The notes beneath the pieces were generated by a model that worked only from the letters and a program-made list of their open reading frames with translations, was not told the DNA's origin and ran no database searches. Made by a program: the position numbers and the translations under genes. Shown here one piece after another: positions 29,951 through 40,263 of a DNA stretch of 64,000 bases. Position 1 is the stretch's first letter; every line of letters starts with the position of its first letter. This DNA comes from an uncultured SAR86 cluster bacterium (GTDB taxonomy: Bacteria; Pseudomonadota; Gammaproteobacteria; Magnimaribacterales; D2472), in NCBI GenBank assembly GCA_902520495.1, contig CABYNW010000002.1, forward strand, positions 610-64,609. Reading direction: 5' to 3'.

Positions 29951-31441
29951 ATGGATAATGAGAATTTAGGTGGCGAAAAAGCCATTCTTGAAGAAAGAAG
30001 AAAAAAACTAGATCAGCTTAGGGATAAGGGGTCTGCTTATGGAAATTCATTTAAGCCTGAGAATAGTTCAAAAAACTTGCATGAAAAATACGGGAAGTTT
30101 TCAAAAGAAGATTTGGCTAAAAAAGATATTAAAAATATCTCTATTGCAGGTCGTATAGTCCTTAAAAGAGTAATGGGTAAAGCTAGCTTTGCAACATTAA
30201 GAGATTCATCTGGTGATATCCAGATCTACGTAACTAAAAATAATGTAGATGATGACGTTTATGAAGATTTTAAGACATGGGATCTTGGAGATATTGTTGG
30301 TGTTTCAGGAACTTTATTTAGAACTCAAAAAGACGAGCTAACAATAGATGCTTGGGATATAGAAATGATAACTAAATCATTGAGACCAATGCCCGAGAAG
30401 TTTAAGGGATTAACTGACATAGAGGCCAGGTATAGACAAAGATATCTTGATTTAATGACAAACAGCGCAACGAAAGATGTTTTTATTAAACGAACAAAAA
30501 TTATTGATTCAATGAGAAAAAAAATGAATAAAGTTGGTTATCTTGAGGTTGAAACTCCCATGATGCATCCTTTAGCTGGCGGCGCTGTCGCAAGACCATT
30601 TGTTACCCAACACAATGCCTTAGGCCAAGATTTATATTTAAGAATAGCCCCTGAGCTTTATCTAAAAAGGCTTTTAGTCGGAGGTTTTGAAAAAGTTTTT
30701 GAGATCAATAGAAGTTTTAGAAACGAAGGCCTATCAACAAAACATAATCCAGAATTTACAATGATGGAGTGGTATCAAGCATATGCCACAATGCAAGATC
30801 AAATGGACTTAACCAGAGATATTATTTTAAATGCAGCTGAAGCAGCTGAATGCTCTTCAAAATTAAAATGGGATGATATTGAAATTAATTTAAATAACTT
30901 TAGTCAATCATCGCTGTCAAATTTAGTTTTAGAACATAATGATGATTTATCAGAAGATGATTTAACAGACTCAGATAAACTTAAAGCATTTTTAAAAAGT
31001 AAGAATATTAAAATCGAGAACAGCTGGGGTAAAGGAAGAATGCTGCTTGAAGTTTTTGAAGAAACTGTTGAATCCAAATTAATTGATCCTACATTTGTTA
31101 CAGAATATCCCGTTGAAGTATCACCACTTTCAAGAAGAAATGAAGAAAAACCTGAATTTGCAGATAGATTTGAATTATTTATTGGTGGAAAAGAGTTTGC
31201 AAATGGTTTTTGTGAATTAAATGATCCTGATGATCAGGCCTCACGATTTGAAGATCAAGTTGCAGCAAAAAACTCAGGAGATAAAGAAGCAATGGATTAT
31301 GATCACGACTATATTACCGCTCTTGAACATGGAATGCCTCCAGCTGTAGGAGTTGGTATGGGAGTGGACAGACTTGTGATGCTATTAACAAATCAATCAT
31401 CAATTAGAGATGTGCTTTTATTCCCTCAACTAAAATCATAA
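29951..31441 (+). CDS. lysS: Lysine--tRNA ligase (class II)
   Basis: It carries class II motifs (FRNEG, GGKEFANGF, GMGVDRL) and lies in prfB-lysS synteny. Confidence 0.95.
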   Translation: MDNENLGGEKAILEERRKKLDQLRDKGSAYGNSFKPENSSKNLHEKYGKFSKEDLAKKDIKNISIAGRIVLKRVMGKASFATLRDSSGDIQIYVTKNNVDDDVYEDFKTWDLGDIVGVSGTLFRTQKDELTIDAWDIEMITKSLRPMPEKFKGLTDIEARYRQRYLDLMTNSATKDVFIKRTKIIDSMRKKMNKVGYLEVETPMMHPLAGGAVARPFVTQHNALGQDLYLRIAPELYLKRLLVGGFEKVFEINRSFRNEGLSTKHNPEFTMMEWYQAYATMQDQMDLTRDIILNAAEAAECSSKLKWDDIEINLNNFSQSSLSNLVLEHNDDLSEDDLTDSDKLKAFLKSKNIKIENSWGKGRMLLEVFEETVESKLIDPTFVTEYPVEVSPLSRRNEEKPEFADRFELFIGGKEFANGFCELNDPDDQASRFEDQVAAKNSGDKEAMDYDHDYITALEHGMPPAVGVGMGVDRLVMLLTNQSSIRDVLLFPQLKS

Positions 31442-31444
31442 AAC

Positions 31445-32116
31445 ATGTACTTAACATTGTTATTAACTATAGGAGTTCCTTTAGCCATTGTTACTTATGT
31501 AGTTCAATCTGATAAATTCCCAGAGCCTACTGACTTAGTCATTAAGACTTTTTTTGTTGGAGTTTTTCTATGCTGGCCTGCTGGATTTCTAAACAACTTT
31601 ATATTTGTATTACAAGATGCCCTAGGTTTTGAAGACTTGTCTTTTTTAGCTGGTTTCACCGAAGAGCCTTTAAAATTTTTAGCATTTATGATGTTCATAA
31701 AAGCAAATATAGAATTTGATGAACCTATGGATGCAATAGTTTACGGAACTATAATTTCACTAGGCTTCGCAACTTATGAAAATATTGAATATGTTTATTT
31801 ATACAATGAGGAATTCTCATCACTTTTTATAGCAACACTTAGGGCAATTAGCGCAATACCTCTGCACGCATGTTGTGGTGTCATCATGGGCTACTATATT
31901 GGACTGTACACGTTTAAAGGATCAAAAAAATACATAATCCAGGCATTGCTAATACCTATTTTTGTTCATGCTTTGTACAACTTCCTTACAGGATTCCCTA
32001 ATATAATCTTCTTTGGCTATCTAATAGTTGTAATATACTTTGCTAACAACCTTCATAAAAAATTTGTAGCTGAACAGAAACAAAAGACATTTGAAAGCGA
32101 GCAAAGAATAAGATAA
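31445..32116 (+). CDS. PrsW-family intramembrane metalloprotease-like protein
   Basis: This polytopic 223-aa protein has EE..K (FTEEPLKF) and H..YN (VHALYNF) motifs, which I recall as PrsW signatures. Confidence 0.6.
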   Translation: MYLTLLLTIGVPLAIVTYVVQSDKFPEPTDLVIKTFFVGVFLCWPAGFLNNFIFVLQDALGFEDLSFLAGFTEEPLKFLAFMMFIKANIEFDEPMDAIVYGTIISLGFATYENIEYVYLYNEEFSSLFIATLRAISAIPLHACCGVIMGYYIGLYTFKGSKKYIIQALLIPIFVHALYNFLTGFPNIIFFGYLIVVIYFANNLHKKFVAEQKQKTFESEQRIR

Positions 32117-32137
32117 GAAAGTATATTTAATGTAAAT

Positions 32138-32599
32138 TTACCATCTAAACTTATCAAAATTTTCTGGATTTGCCCATCCTTTAGGATTATTCCAGGTTCT
32201 CTTATTATTATAATTTTTAAGGTTATAAGAGAAACATTTTAAATTATTTGTTTTATCTCTAAATTCTGTTTGAAGACCAAGCTTTAGCATTTGAGTATCT
32301 ATATTTTTATCATTATTAAAATCATTAAATATGACAATCTTTTGACTAAGAAGATTCTTGACTCTACCAATATTAGTCTCATCTACATGCACGTCATCTA
32401 AAACAACATATAAATCATAAACTTCATTGCTGTCATCAATAAACTCAGGCGAGATGGATATAGTTTTTGAATTTGTTTTTTCTATTCTTTTTATTAAGTT
32501 TGAAATATCTGAGGAGGTTAGAAGATGAATATTTTCAGGACTTTCATCATCAATAATATTGGAGATAAAGCTATAGATTATTTTTTCTTTTTTTGTCAT
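32138..32599 (-). CDS. Hypothetical protein (153 aa) translationally coupled to mdh
   Basis: Its start overlaps the mdh stop as ATGA. It has a W-rich C-terminal motif, RTWNNPKGWANPENFDKFRW. No family was recognised. Confidence 0.5.
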   Translation of the reverse strand: MTKKEKIIYSFISNIIDDESPENIHLLTSSDISNLIKRIEKTNSKTISISPEFIDDSNEVYDLYVVLDDVHVDETNIGRVKNLLSQKIVIFNDFNNDKNIDTQMLKLGLQTEFRDKTNNLKCFSYNLKNYNNKRTWNNPKGWANPENFDKFRW

Positions 32600-33600
32600 T
32601 CCATTAGATGTTTAATAGCATCTTTTTCAGAAAGTAATTCATCTATTGATATTTGAAACTTTGATTTTGCGAAATCTGAAAGAGAAATATCTCTTTTGAT
32701 TTCAATAGTTCCATCGCTTAGCGTCATCAAAGGATAACCACACATAATGCCTTCTGGGACTCCATATGAGCCATCGCTTGCAACAGCAGCACTGAATATA
32801 TAACCATCTTCGGTAGGGCTCTCACAAGCCATTACAGTATCAATGGCAGCTTTGGCAGCAGACGTTGCCGATGATGCGCCTCTAGCGTCAATCACAGCTT
32901 TACCTCTTTGTTGAACTTTTGGAATGAATTCATTCTCCATCCAACTCATATCATTGATGACAGAACTTCCAAGACTTCCATTGATTAGAACATTTTCAGC
33001 ATCAGGATACATTGTAGGGCTATGATTGCCCCATATAATCATATTTTTTATTTCAGATATATCAGTATCTGTTTTTTTTGAAATAATTGATTTTGCTCTA
33101 TTTGAGTCAAGCATTGTCATTGCCATCCAATGTTGAGAATTATTTCCTGCAGCATTCTTACCTATAAAAGCATTTGTATTTGCAGGATTTCCAACTACAA
33201 GGATTTTTGCATTATCTTTACCGTGTAAACCAATTGCCTTTCCTTGGTCAACAAAAATACCACCGTTTATACTTAATAGATCCGATCTCTCTTCTATTTT
33301 TTTGCCGTTGTAAACAATGCCTCTTGGAATACTTCCAACCAACAAGAACCAATCACCATCTTTTGATGCTTCTTCAAAATTATCTGTATCTGTAAAAGTT
33401 ACTTTACCCATATTTGGAAAATAAGAGTCTTCTAACTCCATTACCAAGCCCTCCAGTTTGCTTACAACCTGAGGAATCTCAACTAGTACTAAATCTACCT
33501 TTTTATCACCAAAGGTTCTTCCATCAACCAATCTTGGTATCAAAGAGTATGCTATTTGACCTGCTGCACCTGTTACAACTACTTTTACTGATGAGCTCAT
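32596..33600 (-). CDS. mdh: Malate dehydrogenase (type with the TGAAGQI N-terminus)
   Basis: It contains KVVVTGAAGQIAYSL, VGNPANTN and IWGNHS blocks and is 334 aa long. Confidence 0.9.
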   Translation of the reverse strand: MSSSVKVVVTGAAGQIAYSLIPRLVDGRTFGDKKVDLVLVEIPQVVSKLEGLVMELEDSYFPNMGKVTFTDTDNFEEASKDGDWFLLVGSIPRGIVYNGKKIEERSDLLSINGGIFVDQGKAIGLHGKDNAKILVVGNPANTNAFIGKNAAGNNSQHWMAMTMLDSNRAKSIISKKTDTDISEIKNMIIWGNHSPTMYPDAENVLINGSLGSSVINDMSWMENEFIPKVQQRGKAVIDARGASSATSAAKAAIDTVMACESPTEDGYIFSAAVASDGSYGVPEGIMCGYPLMTLSDGTIEIKRDISLSDFAKSKFQISIDELLSEKDAIKHLME

Positions 33601-33737
33601 ATTTTCCTTATTGAATAAATAATTAGTAATTATATTCCTAAATTAGATTCTAATCCTTAATTTTCTATCATAGTAAATAACTTTCTTTTTGATTAAAATA
33701 GTTTCAATCTAAAAGAAATACTCTCGGAGAAACAAAC

Positions 33738-34637
33738 ATGACTATAAGATTCGATGATAAGGTTGCAATCGTTACTGGTGCAGGTGGTGGTATAGGTAAA
33801 CAACATGCCCTAGAACTTGCAAAACGAGGCGCAAAGGTTGTTGTCAATGATCTAGGCGGTAGCGTTGATGGAAGTGGAACTAGTGACGCAGCAGAAGAAG
33901 TTGTTGAGCTTATTAAGGCTGATGGAGGAGAGGCTATCTCCAATGGTGCAAGCGTGACTGACATAGATGCTGTTAAGGGAATGGTTGATCAAACCATGGA
34001 TCAATGGGGAAGGGTAGATATTTTGGTAAATAATGCAGGAATCTTAAGAGATAAGAGTTTCCATAAAGTAACCATTGAAGATTTTAATATTGTTATGGAT
34101 GTTCATTTTCAAGGAAGTTTAAATTGCACACATACAGTTTTTCCAATTATGAGAGAACAAGAATATGGCCGTATTATTTTTACAAGCTCAGCAAGTGGGG
34201 TTTTTGGTAACTTTGGACAAACCAATTATGGTTCTGCAAAGATGGCAATGATTGGATTAATGAATACTTTAAAAATCGAAGGTCAAAGTAAAAATGTTTA
34301 CACCAATTCAATTACTCCTGTTGCTTATACAAGAATGACTGAGAGCTTGATACCAGAGGACTTTGGTAAAAACCTAAAGTCCGAATATATAACCCCAGCA
34401 GTTATTTATCTAGCAAGTGAAGATGCGCCTAATGGATCTATCATGGCTGCAGGAGCTGGAGTATTTTCAAGAATATTTATTCATGAAACTATGGGTGTCT
34501 CATTGGGCATGGGAGAAGATATGACTCCAGAAAACATTAAGGCAAATTGGGATAAAATTTCAGACATGAAAGATGCTAGAGCTCTTCAAAATGGTGGCGA
34601 ACAAACTCTAAAGTTTTTTGAGTTAATAAATAAATAA
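33738..34637 (+). CDS. Short-chain dehydrogenase/reductase (HSD17B4 / 3-hydroxyacyl-CoA dehydrogenase-like)
   Basis: It has the cofactor-binding motif TGAGGGIG, the NNAG motif and the catalytic Y..K (YGSAK). A GGAG Shine-Dalgarno sequence is present. Confidence 0.8.
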   Translation: MTIRFDDKVAIVTGAGGGIGKQHALELAKRGAKVVVNDLGGSVDGSGTSDAAEEVVELIKADGGEAISNGASVTDIDAVKGMVDQTMDQWGRVDILVNNAGILRDKSFHKVTIEDFNIVMDVHFQGSLNCTHTVFPIMREQEYGRIIFTSSASGVFGNFGQTNYGSAKMAMIGLMNTLKIEGQSKNVYTNSITPVAYTRMTESLIPEDFGKNLKSEYITPAVIYLASEDAPNGSIMAAGAGVFSRIFIHETMGVSLGMGEDMTPENIKANWDKISDMKDARALQNGGEQTLKFFELINK

Positions 34638-34705
34638 TTTCTGAAATAGCTATAAATGAGCTTAGAAGAAATAATTGATGATAATAACTGGAAAGGAGGA
34701 AGTTT

Positions 34706-35251
34706 TTGAAAGTTATTAGTGAAAATGCAAGAGGTTATGTTTGTTTAGATTGTAATAATTCTAATTTATTTGAGGGAATGTCTGATTTATATAGGTTATA
34801 TAAACCATCTAATCCTGGCTCAACAAATTATGATTTTGATAATGAAATTGTTTGTCCTTATGAGATGAAATGTCATGAGTGCGGTTCTCGAAATATAGGA
34901 ATTGAAATTGAAGCAGGAGAAATTATAAAAAATAATAAGATTACTGATCAACATGGAATGTGGCTTATTGGAGAAAGATGGTTATTAGATGTAGATGATA
35001 GCAATGATTTGCAAGATTTAATAAAAATAATTATTGAATCCGAAGGTGAAATGAAATCAGATGAAGCTTATTCTTACCTCATGGAATATGGATGGGATGA
35101 CTGGAATTGGGATGAAGAAATATTTTCTGAGTCCGAGTTGTTATTCTCTATTGTTCAGATTGTCTCAAGTGGAATAATTAGACAAGACGAATATGGTCTT
35201 GGTGATGAAGATTCTTCATATGATAATGCTAGATATTTTGGAATCTGCTAA
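34706..35251 (+). CDS. Hypothetical zinc-ribbon protein with acidic, Trp-rich C-terminal half
   Basis: It uses a TTG start 6 nt after a strong AGGAGG. CxxC pairs lie at C13/C16 and C56/C59. The C-terminal half contains EYGWDDWNWDEE. No family was recognised. Confidence 0.5.
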   Translation: MKVISENARGYVCLDCNNSNLFEGMSDLYRLYKPSNPGSTNYDFDNEIVCPYEMKCHECGSRNIGIEIEAGEIIKNNKITDQHGMWLIGERWLLDVDDSNDLQDLIKIIIESEGEMKSDEAYSYLMEYGWDDWNWDEEIFSESELLFSIVQIVSSGIIRQDEYGLGDEDSSYDNARYFGIC

Positions 35252-35255
35252 TTTT

Positions 35256-35867
35256 CTAGACTGAAAAACATGGTCTTTCTGCAACACTATTTACATATCT
35301 TGTAAGATTTTTATAGTCATTTAAATCAATCTTATTTAGTCTTACTAAAAATTGTAGTGAAGTTACTGATTGAATATCTGCATACGAGAATCTATTACAA
35401 GCAATAAACTGTTTATTGCCAATAACTTCTTCATAGTATCCTAGCGACTTAACAGCCAACTCTCTTTGAGCTAATCCAAATTCATTATTTTGATTTTCTA
35501 ATGCACTCATATGAGGATGTGTATGTCTAAAACCATGCATCAGTGGCAACATAAGCTCAAAAGATACTCTTGAGTACCACATTTCAATTTCTGCAATTTC
35601 CATTGGATTTTCACCAAATAAATTTGGTTTTGGATAAAGGCATTCAAGGTATCTACATATAGCTGTAGTTTCGAGTATTACCTGACCATCATCCAACACG
35701 AGAGCAGGAATTCTTGAGTTAGGCGCTATTTCTTTGTATTCGGGAGTCTTGTGCTCCATTTTGCCAATATCAAGGTTTTCAATCTCTATATTTTCTATGC
35801 TTTTTTCAGCAATAAAGATAAGAACCTTTCTTGGACTTGGAGCAACCGGGCTTGAATATAGCTTCAA
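35256..35867 (-). CDS. Glutathione S-transferase family protein
   Basis: This 203-aa protein has a thioredoxin-like N-domain (SPRKVLIF, IPALVLDDGQVILETTAICRYLE) and a helical C-domain. Confidence 0.8.
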   Translation of the reverse strand: MKLYSSPVAPSPRKVLIFIAEKSIENIEIENLDIGKMEHKTPEYKEIAPNSRIPALVLDDGQVILETTAICRYLECLYPKPNLFGENPMEIAEIEMWYSRVSFELMLPLMHGFRHTHPHMSALENQNNEFGLAQRELAVKSLGYYEEVIGNKQFIACNRFSYADIQSVTSLQFLVRLNKIDLNDYKNLTRYVNSVAERPCFSV

Positions 35868-35870
35868 GAG

Positions 35871-37139
35871 TTATTCCCAGTTTAGAGCACCACCAACCTG
35901 ATATTCAGTAACTCTTGTTTCAAAGAAATTTTTCTCTTTTCTTAAATCAATAATTTCTGACATCCAAGGGAATGGGTTGCTTACACCTGTAAACTCTTCA
36001 TCTAGACCTATTTGAGTTAATCTTCTATTAGCTATGAATTTTAAATATTCTTCCATCATTGCAGCATTCATACCTAAAACACCTCTGGGCATAGTATCTC
36101 TTGCATATTGGATTTCTAATTCAGTACCCTCTAAAATCATTTGCGCAGCTTCTGATTTCATCTGATCATCCCAAAGATTAGGATTTTCTATTTTAATCTG
36201 GTTAATTACATCAATACCAAAATTAACATGCATAGATTCATCTCTTAAAATATATTGGAATTGTTCAGCAGTTCCAGTCATTTTATTTCTTCTTCCCATT
36301 GATAGAATCTGAGTGAATCCGCAATAAAAGAAAATACCTTCTAATACACAATAGAATGCAATTAGATTCTTAAGCAGTTGCTTATCTGTTTCTTCGGTGC
36401 CGGTTTTGAAATCTGGATTAGAAATTTCTTGAGTATATTTAAGGCCCCACGAAGCTTTTCTAGCAACGCATGGAACTTCTCTATACATATTAAATATTTC
36501 ACCCTCATCCATTCCTAATGATTCAATACAGTATTGATATGCATGTGTATGAATAGCCTCTTCTAAGCTTTGTCTTAGGATGTATTGTCTGCATTCAGGA
36601 TTAGTAATCAATCTGTATAAAGCAAGAACAAGATTATTTGCAACAAGCGAGTCTGCGGTTGAGAAAAAACCAAGATTTCTTTTAACAATAACTCTTTCGT
36701 CTTCAGTTAACCCATCTTCAGATTTCCATAAGACAATATCATTTGTCATATTAATTTCTTGTGGCATCCAGTGATTAGCACTTCCATCAAGATACTTTTG
36801 CCAAGCCCAGTCATATTTGAATGGAACTAGCTGATTAAGATCTGCTTTACAATTTATCATCATTTTTTGATCAACCTGAACTCGACCAGCATTTGCCATC
36901 ATTTCATCAAGCTCCTCCATACCAGCTGTTTCATCTAGATTGTTAACAGCTTCTCTTGCTGCAGCCGCTCTAGACCCTTCGCTAATATCTGATGAGTTAG
37001 TTGGTACTGCTATCTCAGGTGATTGATGAGGTTCAGGTTGTTGTGCTTCTGCTTTTGGAGCAGGAGCTTCTTTCTTAACTTCCGGTGCTACCGGAGGAGC
37101 TGAGTTTTCTTCTTTTCCGTATTCATCCCAATTTAACAT
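35871..37139 (-). CDS. nrdB: Ribonucleotide reductase class Ia beta subunit (Pseudomonas-like, with P/A/E-rich N-terminal extension)
   Basis: It has the block [12 protein letters not shown], the di-iron ligands ([14 protein letters not shown]) and a C-terminal tail. Confidence 0.95.
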   Translation of the reverse strand: MLNWDEYGKEENSAPPVAPEVKKEAPAPKAEAQQPEPHQSPEIAVPTNSSDISEGSRAAAAREAVNNLDETAGMEELDEMMANAGRVQVDQKMMINCKADLNQLVPFKYDWAWQKYLDGSANHWMPQEINMTNDIVLWKSEDGLTEDERVIVKRNLGFFSTADSLVANNLVLALYRLITNPECRQYILRQSLEEAIHTHAYQYCIESLGMDEGEIFNMYREVPCVARKASWGLKYTQEISNPDFKTGTEETDKQLLKNLIAFYCVLEGIFFYCGFTQILSMGRRNKMTGTAEQFQYILRDESMHVNFGIDVINQIKIENPNLWDDQMKSEAAQMILEGTELEIQYARDTMPRGVLGMNAAMMEEYLKFIANRRLTQIGLDEEFTGVSNPFPWMSEIIDLRKEKNFFETRVTEYQVGGALNWE

Positions 37140-37157
37140 ATTTTTTCTCCATAAAAT

Positions 37158-40028
37158 TTATTGACATGCTTCGCAATCTGGATCATCCAGTGAGCACGCA
37201 TCCGGAATAGGTGCTGGGGCACCCAATTCCTGATTTGCATCCTGATTTGCATCAGAACTTACTGCATTTAGTTTTCCCTGTTGTACGGTTGATTTCTCTG
37301 TTGATGTTGCTGCTATTGATCTTAGGTAATAGGTTGTTTTTAAACCCGAATACCAAGCCATTCTATATGTAATGTCTAGCTTTTTGCCATCAGCATTACC
37401 AATATAAAGATTTAATGATTGGGCTTGATCAATCCATTTTTGTCTTCTGCTTGCAGACTCAACAATATATCTTGGTTCAATCTCAAAAGCTGTTGAGAAT
37501 AATTTTTTAATTTCATCAGGTATTCTTGAAATTTCAGAAAGACTACCTTCAAAATATTTAAGATCATTAATCATCACATCATCCCACAGATCCAGCTCTT
37601 TTAGTTTTTTAACTAGGTGTGGATTTACAATTGTAAATTCTCCAGATAGGTTAGATTTAACATAAAGATTCTGATAAGTTGGTTCAATTGATTGAGTAAC
37701 GCCTGTTATGTTTGATATTGTTGCAGTTGGAGCTATTGCCATTACATTGGAATTTCTCATACCATCTTTCATAACCTTCTTTCTTAAAGTTTCCCAATCC
37801 AAGGTTTCTGACCTATCAACATTTAAATAGTCCTTTCCTCTATTGTCTTCAAGGATTTGTATAGAATCTTTTGGAAGTATTCCTTTGCTCCATAATGATC
37901 CATCAAATGACTCATAGGCTCCTCTTTCTTTTGCTAACTCTGTTGACGCAAGAATTGCGTTATAACTTATAAGTTCCATACTTGTGTCAGCAAATTTAAC
38001 TGCCTCATCACTACAATATGGAATATCTTGAAGGTATAGCGCATCTTGAAAACCCATTAATCCAAGACCAATTGGCCTATGTTTAAAGTTAGAATTTTTC
38101 GCAGTATCAACTGAGTAATAGTTAATATTTATTACGTTATCTAACATTCTAATAGCTGTTGAAACAGTTTGTTTTACTTTTTCTTCATCTAGCTTTCCAT
38201 CTAGCATATGATTAGCAAGATTTACTGATCCAAGATTACAAACAGCAATTTCATTGTCTGCACTAGTATTTAAGGTAATTTCTGTACACAAGTTTGATGA
38301 GTGTATTACCCCAGCATGTTGTTGCGGAGACCTTAAGTTACAAGAATCCTTAAATGTTATCCATGGATGTCCGGTTTCGAAAAGCATTGTTAACATCTTT
38401 CTCCACAATTCTTTAGCTGGAATTGATTTAAACTGATTCATTTCTCCATTTGTTGCCTTTTTTTCATACTCTTCATATTTTTCCTCAAAAGCTTTTCCAA
38501 TTAGATCATGGAGTTCAGGCGCTTCACCTGGAGAGAAGAGGGTCCAATTTTTATCTTCTTCCACCCTTTTCATAAATAAGTCAGGTACCCAATTCGCTGT
38601 ATTCATATCATGCGTTCTTCTTCTTTCATCGCCTGTATTTTTTCTTAAATCTAAAAACTCTTCTATATCCAGGTGCCATGTTTCTAAATAACCACACATT
38701 GCTCCTTTTCTTTTTCCGCCTTGATTGACTGCGACAGCAGTATCATTAGCAACTTTTAAAAATGGAACTACGCCTTGGCTTTTTCCATTTGTTCCTTTGA
38801 TATAAGAATTCATGGCTCTAACAGGTGTCCAATCATTGCCTAGTCCTCCTGCCCATTTTGATAATAAAGCGTTATCTTTCATTGCTGAAAAAATTCCATC
38901 TAGATCATCAGGAATAGTTGTTAGATAACAGGAAGAAAGTTGTGGTCTTTTAGTTCCGGAATTAAATAAGGTTGGAGTTGAGCTCATGTAATCAAAGCTT
39001 GAAAGTAATTTATAGAATTCAATTGCTCTTTCTTCTCTATTTTCTTCTTCAAGAGCAAGCCCCATAGAAACTCTCATAAAGAAAACTTGTGGTAATTCAT
39101 ACCTTACATCTTCACAATGAATGAAATATCTATCATAGAGTGTTTGCAATCCTAAATATGTAAATTGATTATCCCTTGTATAGTCAATAGCTTTTGATAA
39201 TTTATCTAAATCATAATTTTTAAGTTCAGGATTCAATATATCCAATTCAATACCTTTATCTATATATGCTTTAAAGGCTTTAGGGTAGTTTGATTCCATC
39301 TCTTGATAAGTAGATTCTTCAGCTACGTCTAAAAAATTCAATGCCTCACTTCTAATTTGATCCATCAATATTCTTGCTGTAACAAATGAGTAATTTGGCT
39401 CTTTCTCAACTTTTGTTCTTGCAGACATAACCAAACTTGTTCTCATATCAGCAATTGAAACTCCGTCGTATAGGTTTTTTAGCGCCTCATCAAGAACCTC
39501 ATTAACTGAAACTTCTTCTAAATTTTCACACGCATCATTTATTAAACCTGCCAATTTCTGAACATCTAGTGGAACAACAGATCCATCACTTTTTGTTATA
39601 TTTATATTTGGTGTATTTGAAATATCAATTTCTGGAATATCTTTCTTTCTTTCTTGTGATCTTTCAGCTCTATATAAGATGTAGCATTTAGCTACTTCTA
39701 ATTCTTCAGACCTCATTAACTGAAGTTCAACTTGATCTTGAATTTCTTCAATGTGAAGAGTGCCTCCCGACGGCATTCTTCTTTTAAATACTTCAATAAC
39801 ATTTTCTGTTAGTTTAGAAACTTTTTTATGAATTCTTTCACTTGCTGCTGCATTGCCGGATTCAATAGCTAGAAATGCTTTTGTTATTGCAACTTTTATC
39901 TTGTCATCTTCAAAGGGTACAACTTTTCCATTTCTTTTTATAACTCTAAGTTTGCCTGGAGCAGTGTTTTCTATTTCATTAATTGTCTGATTTATTTTCT
40001 TTTTTTCTTCTTGTTGTTGTATTTCCAT
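37158..40028 (-). CDS. nrdA: Ribonucleotide reductase class Ia alpha subunit
   Basis: This 956-aa protein has an ATP-cone N-terminus (VIKRNGKVVPFEDDKI), the active-site motif SNLCTEI and a C-terminal CxxC redox tail (DCEAC). Confidence 0.97.
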   Translation of the reverse strand: MEIQQQEEKKKINQTINEIENTAPGKLRVIKRNGKVVPFEDDKIKVAITKAFLAIESGNAAASERIHKKVSKLTENVIEVFKRRMPSGGTLHIEEIQDQVELQLMRSEELEVAKCYILYRAERSQERKKDIPEIDISNTPNINITKSDGSVVPLDVQKLAGLINDACENLEEVSVNEVLDEALKNLYDGVSIADMRTSLVMSARTKVEKEPNYSFVTARILMDQIRSEALNFLDVAEESTYQEMESNYPKAFKAYIDKGIELDILNPELKNYDLDKLSKAIDYTRDNQFTYLGLQTLYDRYFIHCEDVRYELPQVFFMRVSMGLALEEENREERAIEFYKLLSSFDYMSSTPTLFNSGTKRPQLSSCYLTTIPDDLDGIFSAMKDNALLSKWAGGLGNDWTPVRAMNSYIKGTNGKSQGVVPFLKVANDTAVAVNQGGKRKGAMCGYLETWHLDIEEFLDLRKNTGDERRRTHDMNTANWVPDLFMKRVEEDKNWTLFSPGEAPELHDLIGKAFEEKYEEYEKKATNGEMNQFKSIPAKELWRKMLTMLFETGHPWITFKDSCNLRSPQQHAGVIHSSNLCTEITLNTSADNEIAVCNLGSVNLANHMLDGKLDEEKVKQTVSTAIRMLDNVININYYSVDTAKNSNFKHRPIGLGLMGFQDALYLQDIPYCSDEAVKFADTSMELISYNAILASTELAKERGAYESFDGSLWSKGILPKDSIQILEDNRGKDYLNVDRSETLDWETLRKKVMKDGMRNSNVMAIAPTATISNITGVTQSIEPTYQNLYVKSNLSGEFTIVNPHLVKKLKELDLWDDVMINDLKYFEGSLSEISRIPDEIKKLFSTAFEIEPRYIVESASRRQKWIDQAQSLNLYIGNADGKKLDITYRMAWYSGLKTTYYLRSIAATSTEKSTVQQGKLNAVSSDANQDANQELGAPAPIPDACSLDDPDCEACQ

Positions 40029-40167
40029 TTTTTCCCCAATAATCTTCTTACTTACTTGAGCCTTCCATAATATTTTTTTTGGAAAAATTTAAGTGATGTC
40101 TGCAGTATCTAAAACTTTTTCTCCTAAACACTAATATACTAATTGTGGACAAAGAATCAAGTAAAAA

Positions 40168-40214
40168 AACACAATATATTGTTACAATTTCATTTTTTTA
40201 CACAATATAGTGTA
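40168..40214 (-). promoter_or_regulatory. Tandem NrdR boxes upstream of nrdAB
   Basis: aACACAATATATTGTt (40168-40183) and tACACAATATAGTGTa (40199-40214) are 16-bp palindromes matching the NrdR-box consensus acaCwAtATaTwGtgt. Their centres are 31 bp apart, about three helical turns. Confidence 0.7.
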
Positions 40215-40254
40215 TATATGGTGTTTTTTTACTGTTGGCAATAAGTTAATAAAT

Positions 40255-40263
40255 TGTGGATAA
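40255..40263. promoter_or_regulatory. Perfect DnaA box (TGTGGATAA) in the nrdA-glpK spacer
   Basis: This is a 9/9 match to the reverse complement of TTATCCACA. A second 8/9 match, TGTGGACAA, lies at 40144-40152. Confidence 0.4.

Noticed and set aside
34656-34709. 17-codon mini-ORF (MSLEEIIDDNNWKGGSF) that a +1 T in the T5 run would fuse to the zinc-ribbon ORF
   Set aside because: The ATG has no Shine-Dalgarno sequence, whereas the TTG at 34706 sits 6 nt after a perfect AGGAGG. The simplest reading is that AGGAGG, which lies inside the mini-ORF, is the ribosome-binding site for the TTG start.
40127-40146. Third NrdR box candidate (ACACTAATATACTAATTGTG)
   Set aside because: Only one half-site matches, and the palindrome is broken by extra bases. 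It is far weaker than the two boxes reported.
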